Assembly (NCBI GenBank): GCA_964639785.1
Contig: CAZXEE010000004.1
Span: 1 to 56,879 of the forward strand
Source: an uncultured Gammaproteobacteria bacterium
GTDB lineage: Bacteria; Patescibacteriota; Patescibacteriia; Patescibacteriales; UBA12465
DNA: 56,879 bases
Direction: 5' to 3'
In this document: positions 44,628 to 52,155 of the stretch, in pieces
How positions within the stretch are numbered: position 1 is the stretch's first letter
Layout of the letters: each line of letters begins with the position of its first letter
Notes under the pieces: generated by a model
What the model was told of the DNA's origin: nothing
What the model saw: only the letters and a program-made list of their open reading frames with translations
Databases searched by the model: none
Position numbers and translations under genes: made by a program

Positions 44628-45878
44628 ATGCCAGAAGTTAAACCAATAGCCGAAACTTTTGCCAAAATTAAAGTTGTCGGTGTCGGCGGTGCCGGCGGCA
44701 ATGCCGTTAATCGCATGGTAGAAGAAGGTATCCAGGGAGTGGAATTTATCGCTATCAATACCGATGTCCAGGCTTTGCATAATAATAAGGCGGATATCAA
44801 GTTACATATCGGTAAGACTGTTACCCGAGGTTTGGGTGCTGGTATGAATCCAGACTTAGGCCGTCAGGCAGCGGAAGAATCCCAATCAGAAATCAGGGAT
44901 CTTCTGAAAGGTTCTGATATGGTTTTCATTACTTGCGGTCTGGGTGGCGGAACCGGTACTGGTGCTGCTCCTTTAGTGGCTGAAATTGCTAAAGATTTGG
45001 GAGCTTTGACTATTGCTGTTGTTACTAAGCCGTTTACATTTGAAGGTGGCCAGAGAAAACGGATTGCTGATCGAGGTTATGATGATTTATCAGCTCAGGT
45101 TGATACTATCATTACCGTGGCCAATGAGAAATTATTAGCGATTATTGATAAGAGGACTTCATTGTTGGATTCTTTTAAGATTGCAGATAATATCTTGCGC
45201 CAAGGCGTCCAAGGTATTGCTGAAATCATCACCGTCCCTGGTATTGTTAATGCCGATTTTAATGATGTGAAGGCTATTATGGCTAATACTGGCTCAGCCT
45301 TGATGGGTATCGGCCAGGCTGCTGGCGAAAACAAGGCTGAAGAGGCTGTCAGAGCGGCGGTCAATTCTAATTTACTGGAAACTTCTATTAATGGCGCTAA
45401 GGGTATCGTATTTACTATCACTGGCGGATCTGATTTAAGCATGATGGAGGTTTCTGAGGCTGCTAGGATTATTAATTCTTTGGCTGATGAAGATGCCAAA
45501 ATTATCTTTGGCGCTGTAGTTGATGAACGCCTGAAGGATGAATTGAAGATTACTATCGTGGCTACCGGTTTTAGCGATCGGGAACAGCCAACAAGCGATT
45601 TCTCGGTCAATGAAGCCCCGGCTCGATCTTATACTCCTAATAGCTTCGTAAAGAGAGAAGAAGAAAGGGAAAAGGTGCCTGAGAAAAAAGAAGAACCCCG
45701 TGAGCCCAAGGGTACCGGTTTGAATTTTTCTTGGTTTGAGAAAAAGGAGAAAGAACCAGAAGCCAAAACCGAACCAATCCGACCGGCCGCAGCCAGACCT
45801 CAGGTCAAAAAAACATCCGATGAAGATGACGACGAAGAGCTCAGTGTCCCAGCCTTTATTCGGAAGAAGATGATGTAA
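44628..45878 (+). CDS. ftsZ: Cell division protein FtsZ
   Basis: GVGGAGGNAVNRM, tubulin signature GLGGGTGTGAAP, NTDVQAL, and a C-terminal conserved peptide (LSVPAFIRKK). Confidence 0.97.
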   Translation: MPEVKPIAETFAKIKVVGVGGAGGNAVNRMVEEGIQGVEFIAINTDVQALHNNKADIKLHIGKTVTRGLGAGMNPDLGRQAAEESQSEIRDLLKGSDMVFITCGLGGGTGTGAAPLVAEIAKDLGALTIAVVTKPFTFEGGQRKRIADRGYDDLSAQVDTIITVANEKLLAIIDKRTSLLDSFKIADNILRQGVQGIAEIITVPGIVNADFNDVKAIMANTGSALMGIGQAAGENKAEEAVRAAVNSNLLETSINGAKGIVFTITGGSDLSMMEVSEAARIINSLADEDAKIIFGAVVDERLKDELKITIVATGFSDREQPTSDFSVNEAPARSYTPNSFVKREEEREKVPEKKEEPREPKGTGLNFSWFEKKEKEPEAKTEPIRPAAARPQVKKTSDEDDDEELSVPAFIRKKMM

Positions 45879-45897
45879 TCAATCATTTGATATATAA

Positions 45898-45927
45898 AAG
45901 ACAGCTTGAAATAGGCTGTTTTTTTGT
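45898..45927 (+). terminator. Weak intrinsic terminator after ftsZ
   Basis: Hairpin acagc-ttgaaatag-gctgt followed by ttttttt. Confidence 0.45.
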
Positions 45928-46058
45928 TGGGTATTTTGGAGGCAAATATTGTCTTAAAGTTAGCTAAAGAAATCATAAAATGAAGTACAAAAATAAGATC
46001 TTGTGGATAACTTTAGAAGCCTTTAAAAGGAGTCTAAAATTAGAGAAAATATCGAGCG

Positions 46059-46087
46059 TTGTCGCCTTATTCTTTTTTTGCTATAAT
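46059..46087 (+). promoter_or_regulatory. Sigma70 promoter of the nrdR-nrdD-nrdG operon
   Basis: TTGTCG, 17 nt spacer, TATAAT. Confidence 0.5.
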
Positions 46088-46094
46088 AACTTTT

Positions 46095-46110
46095 GTACAA
46101 CATCTTGTGG
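46095..46110 (+). promoter_or_regulatory. Candidate NrdR box 1
   Basis: gtACAACATCTTGTgg. The core palindrome ACAACA|TCTTGT has 5 of 6 paired positions and resembles the published NrdR-box pattern aCwAtATaTwGt. It sits at the predicted transcription start. Confidence 0.5.
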
Positions 46111-46127
46111 TGGTAGGCTAAATTAAG

Positions 46128-46143
46128 CCACTAGATGTAGTAT
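46128..46143 (+). promoter_or_regulatory. Candidate NrdR box 2
   Basis: ccACTAGATGTAGTat. The core palindrome is ACTAGA|TGTAGT. Its centre is 33 bp from the centre of box 1. Confidence 0.5.
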
Positions 46144-46220
46144 TTCATCACATTCGGTGTATTTTGTAAAATCAATTAAAAAGGCTTTTGAATACAGCTT
46201 TTTGCCAATAAAAAATCTTT

Positions 46221-46685
46221 ATGAAATGCCCTATTTGCTACCATCCAGATACTAAGGTTTTGGATTCGCGTGTAGCTACCGACGGCCTGTCGATCCGCCG
46301 CCGCCGCGAATGCTTAAAATGCGCCTTCCGTTTTTCTACTTATGAAGAATTGGAAATTTTGGACCTCTCCTTGATTAAGAGGGATGGCCGGCGTGAGGCT
46401 TATAGCCGTGACAAATTGGTTTCAGGACTGAAGAAGGCAAGCGAGAAGAGAATTAGCGATGACAAGTTCAAGAAGCTGATTCATATGATTGAACGCGATA
46501 TCCAAGCTTTAAAGACTAATGAAGTCAGTTCACAAGATGTCGGAAGGATAGTGATGAAGAATTTAAAAAAAGTAGATCAGATCGCTTATATCCGTTATGC
46601 TTCGGTTTATGAATCTTTCAAGAATGTCCAAGAGTTCAAGCGGGAGTTGAATAAGCTCCTGGGAGGGAAAAACAGTAAAAAATAA
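46221..46685 (+). CDS. nrdR: Transcriptional repressor NrdR
   Basis: Zinc ribbon MKCPICYHPDTKVLDSR...RRRRECLKCAFRFSTYE followed by an ATP-cone. Confidence 0.95.
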   Translation: MKCPICYHPDTKVLDSRVATDGLSIRRRRECLKCAFRFSTYEELEILDLSLIKRDGRREAYSRDKLVSGLKKASEKRISDDKFKKLIHMIERDIQALKTNEVSSQDVGRIVMKNLKKVDQIAYIRYASVYESFKNVQEFKRELNKLLGGKNSKK

Positions 46686-46700
46686 ATTAATCATATTACT

Positions 46701-48770
46701 ATGAGCCCTAAGAAAGAGATGATCACCAAAATCATTAAAAGATCAGGAGAAATCACTGATTTTGATCAAACCAAGATTACCGATGCTATTTCTAAGGCAG
46801 CTGAGGCTGTTGGTTTAGAACACCCGGAGAAGTTAGCTAGCAAGCTGACTGAAGAAGCTTTACAGCGGATCAGTAAGAAATTCCATCATCACAGCATTCC
46901 AGCCGTTGAAGAAATCCAGGATATAGTTGAAGAGACATTGATTATCAATCGCCAGATCAAGATGGCCAAGTCTTATATCTTGTATCGAGATCAGCATCGT
47001 CAATTGCGCGATATCAGCGGCAGTACTTTAGAAGAAAAATTGATGGAAGATTATTTGGGTCGGGCTGATTGGCGTTTGAAAGAGAATAGTAATATGAGTT
47101 TCTCAGTTCAGGGCTTGAATAATTACCTGGCTTCAGCTATCTCAGCTAAATATTGGCTCAACAAGATGTATCCGGAAAATATCCGTCAGGCTCATGTTAA
47201 TGGCGATTTTCATGTCCATGATCTTGGCCTTTTGGCCCCATATTGTTGCGGTTGGGATTTGAAGGACTTATTAATTCGAGGTTTCGGTGGTGTGCCGGAA
47301 AAGACTCAAAGTAAGCCAGCAAAACATTTCAGAACCGCTTTGGGACAGATCGTCAATTTCTTCTATACTATGCAGGGCGAAGCTGCTGGAGCTCAGGCTT
47401 TTGCTAACTTCGATACTTATCTAGCTCCTTTTATCCGTTACGATAAATTGAATTTCAAGGAAGCTAAACAATGTTTGCAGGAATTCGTCTTTAACGTTAA
47501 TGTCCCTACCAGAGTAGGCTTCCAGACCCCGTTTACTAATATTACCCTGGATGTCGTTCCATCAAAAATGATCGGTGAAGAAAATGTTATTATTGGTGGT
47601 GAGGTTAAGCCGGAGAAATACAAGGAATTCCAAGAAGAGATGGATATGTTTAATAAGGCTTTAGCCGAAGTGATGTTGGCTGGTGATTCTACCGGAAGAG
47701 TATTCTCGTTCCCGATACCGACTTATAATGTTGATAAGAATTTTGATTGGGATAGAGAATGTTTGAAGCCGATGTGGGAAATGACTGCCAAATATGGCGT
47801 ACCTTATTTCTCTAACTTCGTGAATTCTGATATGGATCGTGATGATGCCCGTTCTATGTGTTGCCGTCTCCGTTTGGATAATCGTGAGCTGCGAAAGCGT
47901 GGCGGCGGTTTGTTCGGTGCTAATCCTTTAACCGGTAGTTTGGGTGTCGTAACCATCAATCTGGCCCGCCTGGGTTACTTAGCTGAAGATAAGGAAGATT
48001 TTAAAAAACGTTTATTAGCCTTAATGGATTTGGCTAAGGAGAGCTTAGAGATTAAGCGTAAGGTGATTGAAAAATTTACTGATGATGGCTTATATCCTTA
48101 TTCTAAACATTATTTAGATAATATTTACGCCCGCTTCGGTTCTTATTGGAAAAACCATTTCAATACCATTGGTATCAATGGTATGAATGAAGCAGCTTTA
48201 AACCTTTTGGGTACTGATATTACTACTCCGGAAGGCCATGCTTTCGCTTCAGAAATCTTGGATTTCATGCGGGAAAAATTGATGGATTATCAGAACGAGA
48301 CTAACAATCTTTATAACCTAGAAGCGACTCCGGGTGAAGGCTGCACTTATCGTTTTGCCAAGAAAGATTTGGAAATGTATCCGGATATCATCTTTGCAAA
48401 TAATAAGGCAGTGAAGCAGGAAGGAGCCGATCCTTATTATACTAATTCCTCGAATTTGCCAGTCGGCTTTACCGATGATTTATTCTCCGCTTTAGACCTG
48501 CAAGATGATCTTCAGACTAAGTATACTGGGGGTACTGTGCTTCATGGTTATATTGGAGAAAGGATTAGTGATCCAGAGGCTACTAAGAATTTGGTTAAGA
48601 AGATTGTTTATGGATATCGTCTGCCTTATTTCACTATCACCCCGACTTTCTCTATCTGTCCGGTCCATGGTTATTTAGCTGGTGAGCATAAATATTGTCC
48701 GAAATGTGATGAAGTTATGGGCTATAAACCGGCTGATTCCAAGGAGGGCGAGACCTGCTGCCAGGGCTAG
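46701..48770 (+). CDS. nrdD: Anaerobic (class III) ribonucleoside-triphosphate reductase, large body lacking the glycyl-radical loop
   Basis: N-terminal ATP-cone (IIKRSGEITDFDQTKI), catalytic region (RSMCCRLRLD, NLEATPGE, YYTNSS) and C-terminal zinc site (ICPVHGYLAGEHKYCPKC). The ORF then ends at TAG with further in-frame stops, and no RVxG[YW] motif occurs before that. Confidence 0.85.
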   Translation: MSPKKEMITKIIKRSGEITDFDQTKITDAISKAAEAVGLEHPEKLASKLTEEALQRISKKFHHHSIPAVEEIQDIVEETLIINRQIKMAKSYILYRDQHRQLRDISGSTLEEKLMEDYLGRADWRLKENSNMSFSVQGLNNYLASAISAKYWLNKMYPENIRQAHVNGDFHVHDLGLLAPYCCGWDLKDLLIRGFGGVPEKTQSKPAKHFRTALGQIVNFFYTMQGEAAGAQAFANFDTYLAPFIRYDKLNFKEAKQCLQEFVFNVNVPTRVGFQTPFTNITLDVVPSKMIGEENVIIGGEVKPEKYKEFQEEMDMFNKALAEVMLAGDSTGRVFSFPIPTYNVDKNFDWDRECLKPMWEMTAKYGVPYFSNFVNSDMDRDDARSMCCRLRLDNRELRKRGGGLFGANPLTGSLGVVTINLARLGYLAEDKEDFKKRLLALMDLAKESLEIKRKVIEKFTDDGLYPYSKHYLDNIYARFGSYWKNHFNTIGINGMNEAALNLLGTDITTPEGHAFASEILDFMREKLMDYQNETNNLYNLEATPGEGCTYRFAKKDLEMYPDIIFANNKAVKQEGADPYYTNSSNLPVGFTDDLFSALDLQDDLQTKYTGGTVLHGYIGERISDPEATKNLVKKIVYGYRLPYFTITPTFSICPVHGYLAGEHKYCPKCDEVMGYKPADSKEGETCCQG

Positions 48771-48816
48771 TAAAAAAAATAAATATAATATATAATTGAA
48801 TTAAGCTAAAGATCTT

Positions 48817-48993
48817 ATGTCAAAAAGATCAGCAATAAAAAATATGGCTCCAACCAAAATTCAAAGACAGGAATGCATCGTTTACAGTCGCGTAGTCGGC
48901 TGGCTGACTCCAGTCAAAAACTATAATCGTGGTAAGGCGGCTGAATACAAAGATCGCAAGACTTTTAAAGTTGACGAAAAACAATTTTGCTAA
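48817..48993 (+). CDS. 58-aa ORF encoding the NrdD glycyl-radical loop (not in the supplied ORF track because it is under 60 aa)
   Basis: Hand translation gives MSKRSAIKNMAPTKIQRQECIVYSRVVGWLTPVKNYNRGKAAEYKDRKTFKVDEKQFC. The segment VYSRVVGWLTPVKNYNRGKAAEYKDRKTF matches the class III RNR C-terminal glycyl-radical consensus (RVxGY-x-x-P-x(3-4)-N-x-GK-x-x-E-x-x-x-R). It is in a different frame (+1) from nrdD and ends 6 nt before nrdG. Confidence 0.65.
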   Translation: MSKRSAIKNMAPTKIQRQECIVYSRVVGWLTPVKNYNRGKAAEYKDRKTFKVDEKQFC

Positions 48994-48999
48994 TAGCTT

Positions 49000-49755
49000 A
49001 TGATAATTGGTGGCCTGGAAAAATTGACCTTGATTGATTATCCGGGAAAAGTAGCAGCTATCGTATTTACGTCTGGATGCAACTTTCGCTGCCAATTTTG
49101 TTACAACCCAATGCTTGTCTGGCCCAGTAAAGAACACGAGTCAGATGAAAGTAAAAATACCGCGGGTCATCCTCGGAATAGAGAGCAGGACAATAGTCCT
49201 ATTCCGTATTCTGAGGATGACCTTTTTCTTTTCCTAAAGAATCGAGCTGGAAAATTGGATGGCGTGGTCATTACCGGTGGCGAACCGACTCTCCATCGTG
49301 ATTTGCCGGAGTTCATCGCAAAGATCAAAGCTTTGGGCTATAGCGTCAAATTGGATACTAATGGTACTAATCCGGAGATGATTAAAAGACTGATAGAAGA
49401 CGGATTAGTTGACTATCTGGCAATGGACATCAAGGCCCCTGAGGCTAAGTATGAACTTGTGACTGGGATACCGATTAACTTTCAAAAAATCAAGGAATCT
49501 GTTAAGATAATAATGCAAAGCGGCTTACCTTATGAATTCAGAACCACTATTTTACCGGCTCTTTTGTCGAAAAAAGATGTCGCTTCTATGGGTAGGTTAT
49601 TACAGGGAGCGGATAAGTGGTATCTGCAGAAATTCAAGGCGGATACTGATTTAGTCAACCAGGATCTTAAGCAAGCCGAAGCCTATAGCGACCAGGATAT
49701 GGAAGGATTGGTAGCGGTTGGGAAAGAATATGTTAAGCTGTGCGCTTGGCGATAA
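49000..49755 (+). CDS. nrdG: Anaerobic ribonucleotide reductase activating protein (radical SAM)
   Basis: CNFRCQFCYNP (CxxxCxxC) and ITGGEPTL. There is an acidic/polar insertion after the cluster motif. Confidence 0.85.
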   Translation: MIIGGLEKLTLIDYPGKVAAIVFTSGCNFRCQFCYNPMLVWPSKEHESDESKNTAGHPRNREQDNSPIPYSEDDLFLFLKNRAGKLDGVVITGGEPTLHRDLPEFIAKIKALGYSVKLDTNGTNPEMIKRLIEDGLVDYLAMDIKAPEAKYELVTGIPINFQKIKESVKIIMQSGLPYEFRTTILPALLSKKDVASMGRLLQGADKWYLQKFKADTDLVNQDLKQAEAYSDQDMEGLVAVGKEYVKLCAWR

Positions 49756-49766
49756 TATAAAATCAT

Positions 49767-50072
49767 ATGAAAAAAGAAGATCTTCAAATTAATCCAGAGC
49801 AGATTGATAGTAATGCCGATATCAGGTCTTTGTTGGAAAAAAACCTGGAAGTTGCTCAGAAGAATTTGGAAGTGAGCGAAGGCATCTTGGTTTGTGCCAA
49901 GACAGTCAAGAGGTATCTCTTTTGGAAAAAAGTTACCAGTATATTTATCTGGACCATTATTATCCTTTCAACTCTGGCCAGTATTTTTTATCTGCCTACT
50001 TTTGTCGGCCAATTACAAAGCCAAGTCCAGTCGATGGGTGGCGGAGTAACCCCCGGCTTATTAGGTTTTTAA
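49767..50072 (+). CDS. Hypothetical small membrane protein
   Basis: ORF of 101 aa with one TM helix (SIFIWTIIILSTLASIFYL). No family recognised. Confidence 0.5.
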   Translation: MKKEDLQINPEQIDSNADIRSLLEKNLEVAQKNLEVSEGILVCAKTVKRYLFWKKVTSIFIWTIIILSTLASIFYLPTFVGQLQSQVQSMGGGVTPGLLGF

Positions 50073-50099
50073 TTTATTTATTAACAATACTATTGAAAT

Positions 50100-52100
50100 A
50101 TGAGTGATATTACTTTTTTTGCCCAAACGACATTCCGCAATCAAATGCGTCGTTTTGGTATCAAAAAAGATGACCGGCGTCGTCACATGTACTTGATCGG
50201 AAAGACCGGTATGGGTAAGTCTACCATCTTGGAGAATATGATTATTGATGATATCCGGGCAGGCCATGGTGTGGCCGTGGTTGATCCTCATGGCGATTTG
50301 GCTGAGAAGATTATCGAATTTATTCCGGAAGAGAGGATCAAGGATGTTATTTATTTTAATCCTTCGGATATTGAATATCCGATTGCTTTTAACGTTGTTG
50401 AACAGGTTGAGCCTCATTTGCGCCACTTAGTCGCTTCCGGCTTGATTGGAGTCTTCCAGAAACTCTGGGCTGATTCTTGGGGTCCTCGTTTGGAATATAT
50501 TTTACGTAATGCCATCCTGGCTATTTTGGATTATCCTGGTTCGACCCTTTTGGGCGTGGTCCGGATATTATCGGATAAGCCATTCAGAAAGAAAGTGGTG
50601 GCTAATATCAAGGACCCGGTAGTGAAGTCTTTTTGGGAAAAAGAGTTCGCTTCTTATGCTGATAAATTTGCTTCTGAGGCAGTATCCCCCATCCAAAACA
50701 AGGTCGGTCAATTCTTGTCGACCGCCTTTATGAGAAATATCGTCGGCCAGGTCAAGTCATCTATCGACATGCGAGAGATCATGGATGGCAGCAAGATCCT
50801 AATCATGAACTTGAGTAAGGGTCGGATCGGTGAAGATAATTCCGCTTTGTTGGGTGCGATGATGGTTACCAAGATCCAGTTAGCCGCTATGAGCCGGGTT
50901 GATATGCCGGAGCAAGATCGAAAAGATTTCTATCTCTATATCGATGAATTCCAGAATTTCTCTACTGACAGTTTTGCTAGCATCTTGTCTGAAGCTCGAA
51001 AATACCGTCTATGCCTGATCATGGCCCATCAATATGTTGAACAGTTGTCGGAGAAGGTTAAGCCGGCGGTTTTTGGTAACGTGGGCACGATGATTGTCTT
51101 CAGGGTGGGAGCAGCTGATGCCGAAGAATTAGTCCGGGAGTTTACCCCGACTTTTACCGAAGAAGACCTGGTTAATCTGCCTAAATATGAAATGTATTTG
51201 AAACTGATGATTGATGGTGTTTCTTCTGATCCTTTCTCAGCCCGCGGTTTGCCGCCTTTGGCTAAGGAAGAAAAGACAGGTAATACTGAAGCGGTGATTG
51301 ATAATTCTCGCGAGGTTTATGCCAGCCGGAAAGAAGATGTTGAAGAGAAGATCTTGCGTTGGCATGATTCTGATGATGAAGATGCGGGTACTACCGGTGC
51401 CAAGAAGGCCGATGAATCTAGAGCGGATGATGCTCATAAATTCAATGCTATTTGTTCCAGCTGCGGCAAAGAGACAAAGACAGTGTTTGAACCGGATGGA
51501 GTCCGGCCGGTATATTGCAAGGATTGCTTGGAAAAGGCTAGAGAACAGAAAAAAGCTGGAATACCCCAGCCACAGCCACAACCCAAACCGGTAGTCGTTC
51601 CGACTCCAGTTGCTCCAAAACCGGTCGTATCAAAATCAGTTATGCCTCCGGTTGCCAAAGTTCCTAATCCGGCTCCGGTTCCAGTTGTGAAGGTTGAAGC
51701 TAAGAAGAACGATGATGATGCTCGTAAGTTCAAAGCCGTTTGTTCTAGTTGCGGCCAAGAGACGAAGACAGTATTTGAACCGGATGGCATCCGCCCGGTA
51801 TATTGCAAGGATTGTTTGGAAAAAGCTAGGGAAGCCAAAAAGAATGAGATAGAAAATCGTCGCCAGGCTAAGCAGGCGGAATTGGCGGAAATGAAACAGA
51901 GATGGAGCCCGGCTAGCGGTCAGACTATCGTTAAGGAAGAATCAGTGGCCAAGCCTTTGTCTTTGAGTGATCTGTCAGCTATCAAGCCGGTAGATTTCAG
52001 AGGAAGGGAAATCAATGAACCGAAGCCGAAGAAGATTGATGACGATGTTGACAATGAGGAGGAAAAAGAGTTAAAAGAAGGAGATACGGTTCAATTTTAA
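50100..52100 (+). CDS. Soluble TraD/TrwB/VirD4-like (T4SS coupling protein-like, FtsK/HerA superfamily) P-loop ATPase with a Pro-rich linker and two C-terminal CxxC-x17-CxxC zinc ribbons
   Basis: Walker A LIGKTGMGKST at aa ~33 with no preceding TM helix. Also VVDPHGDL, Walker B FYLYIDEFQNF and AHQY. The C-terminus carries two copies of CSSCGxETKTVFEPDGxRPVYCKDCLEKARE. Confidence 0.6.
   Translation: MSDITFFAQTTFRNQMRRFGIKKDDRRRHMYLIGKTGMGKSTILENMIIDDIRAGHGVAVVDPHGDLAEKIIEFIPEERIKDVIYFNPSDIEYPIAFNVVEQVEPHLRHLVASGLIGVFQKLWADSWGPRLEYILRNAILAILDYPGSTLLGVVRILSDKPFRKKVVANIKDPVVKSFWEKEFASYADKFASEAVSPIQNKVGQFLSTAFMRNIVGQVKSSIDMREIMDGSKILIMNLSKGRIGEDNSALLGAMMVTKIQLAAMSRVDMPEQDRKDFYLYIDEFQNFSTDSFASILSEARKYRLCLIMAHQYVEQLSEKVKPAVFGNVGTMIVFRVGAADAEELVREFTPTFTEEDLVNLPKYEMYLKLMIDGVSSDPFSARGLPPLAKEEKTGNTEAVIDNSREVYASRKEDVEEKILRWHDSDDEDAGTTGAKKADESRADDAHKFNAICSSCGKETKTVFEPDGVRPVYCKDCLEKAREQKKAGIPQPQPQPKPVVVPTPVAPKPVVSKSVMPPVAKVPNPAPVPVVKVEAKKNDDDARKFKAVCSSCGQETKTVFEPDGIRPVYCKDCLEKAREAKKNEIENRRQAKQAELAEMKQRWSPASGQTIVKEESVAKPLSLSDLSAIKPVDFRGREINEPKPKKIDDDVDNEEEKELKEGDTVQF
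51438..51545 (+). repeat. Intragenic 108-nt repeat, copy 1 (zinc-ribbon module)
   Basis: aaattcaatgctatttgttccagctgcggcaaagagacaaagacagtgtttgaaccggatgga... aligns with copy 2 at high identity by eye. Confidence 0.8.
51726..51833 (+). repeat. Intragenic 108-nt repeat, copy 2 (zinc-ribbon module)
   Basis: aagttcaaagccgtttgttctagttgcggccaagagacgaagacagtatttgaaccggatggc.... It lies 288 nt downstream of copy 1 in the same frame. Confidence 0.8.
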
Positions 52101-52116
52101 TATCTTTATATCTTAA

Positions 52117-52146
52117 GAAGGTCTATAAATTTCTATAGACCTTTTA
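52117..52146 (+). terminator. Intrinsic terminator
   Basis: Hairpin aaggtctata-aatttc-tatagacctt followed by tt. Confidence 0.55.
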
Positions 52147-52155
52147 GCTAGAATT

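Noticed and set aside
48771-48816. Possibility that the nrdD interruption is an intron, an intein or a programmed frameshift.
   Set aside because: The gap is only 46 nt (about 157 nt of non-conserved sequence in total), which is far too short for a group I or group II intron or an intein. The upstream frame ends in several consecutive stops (TAG TAA ... TAA), and I saw no slippery sequence. I therefore treat it as a true split or a pseudogene; see the finding.
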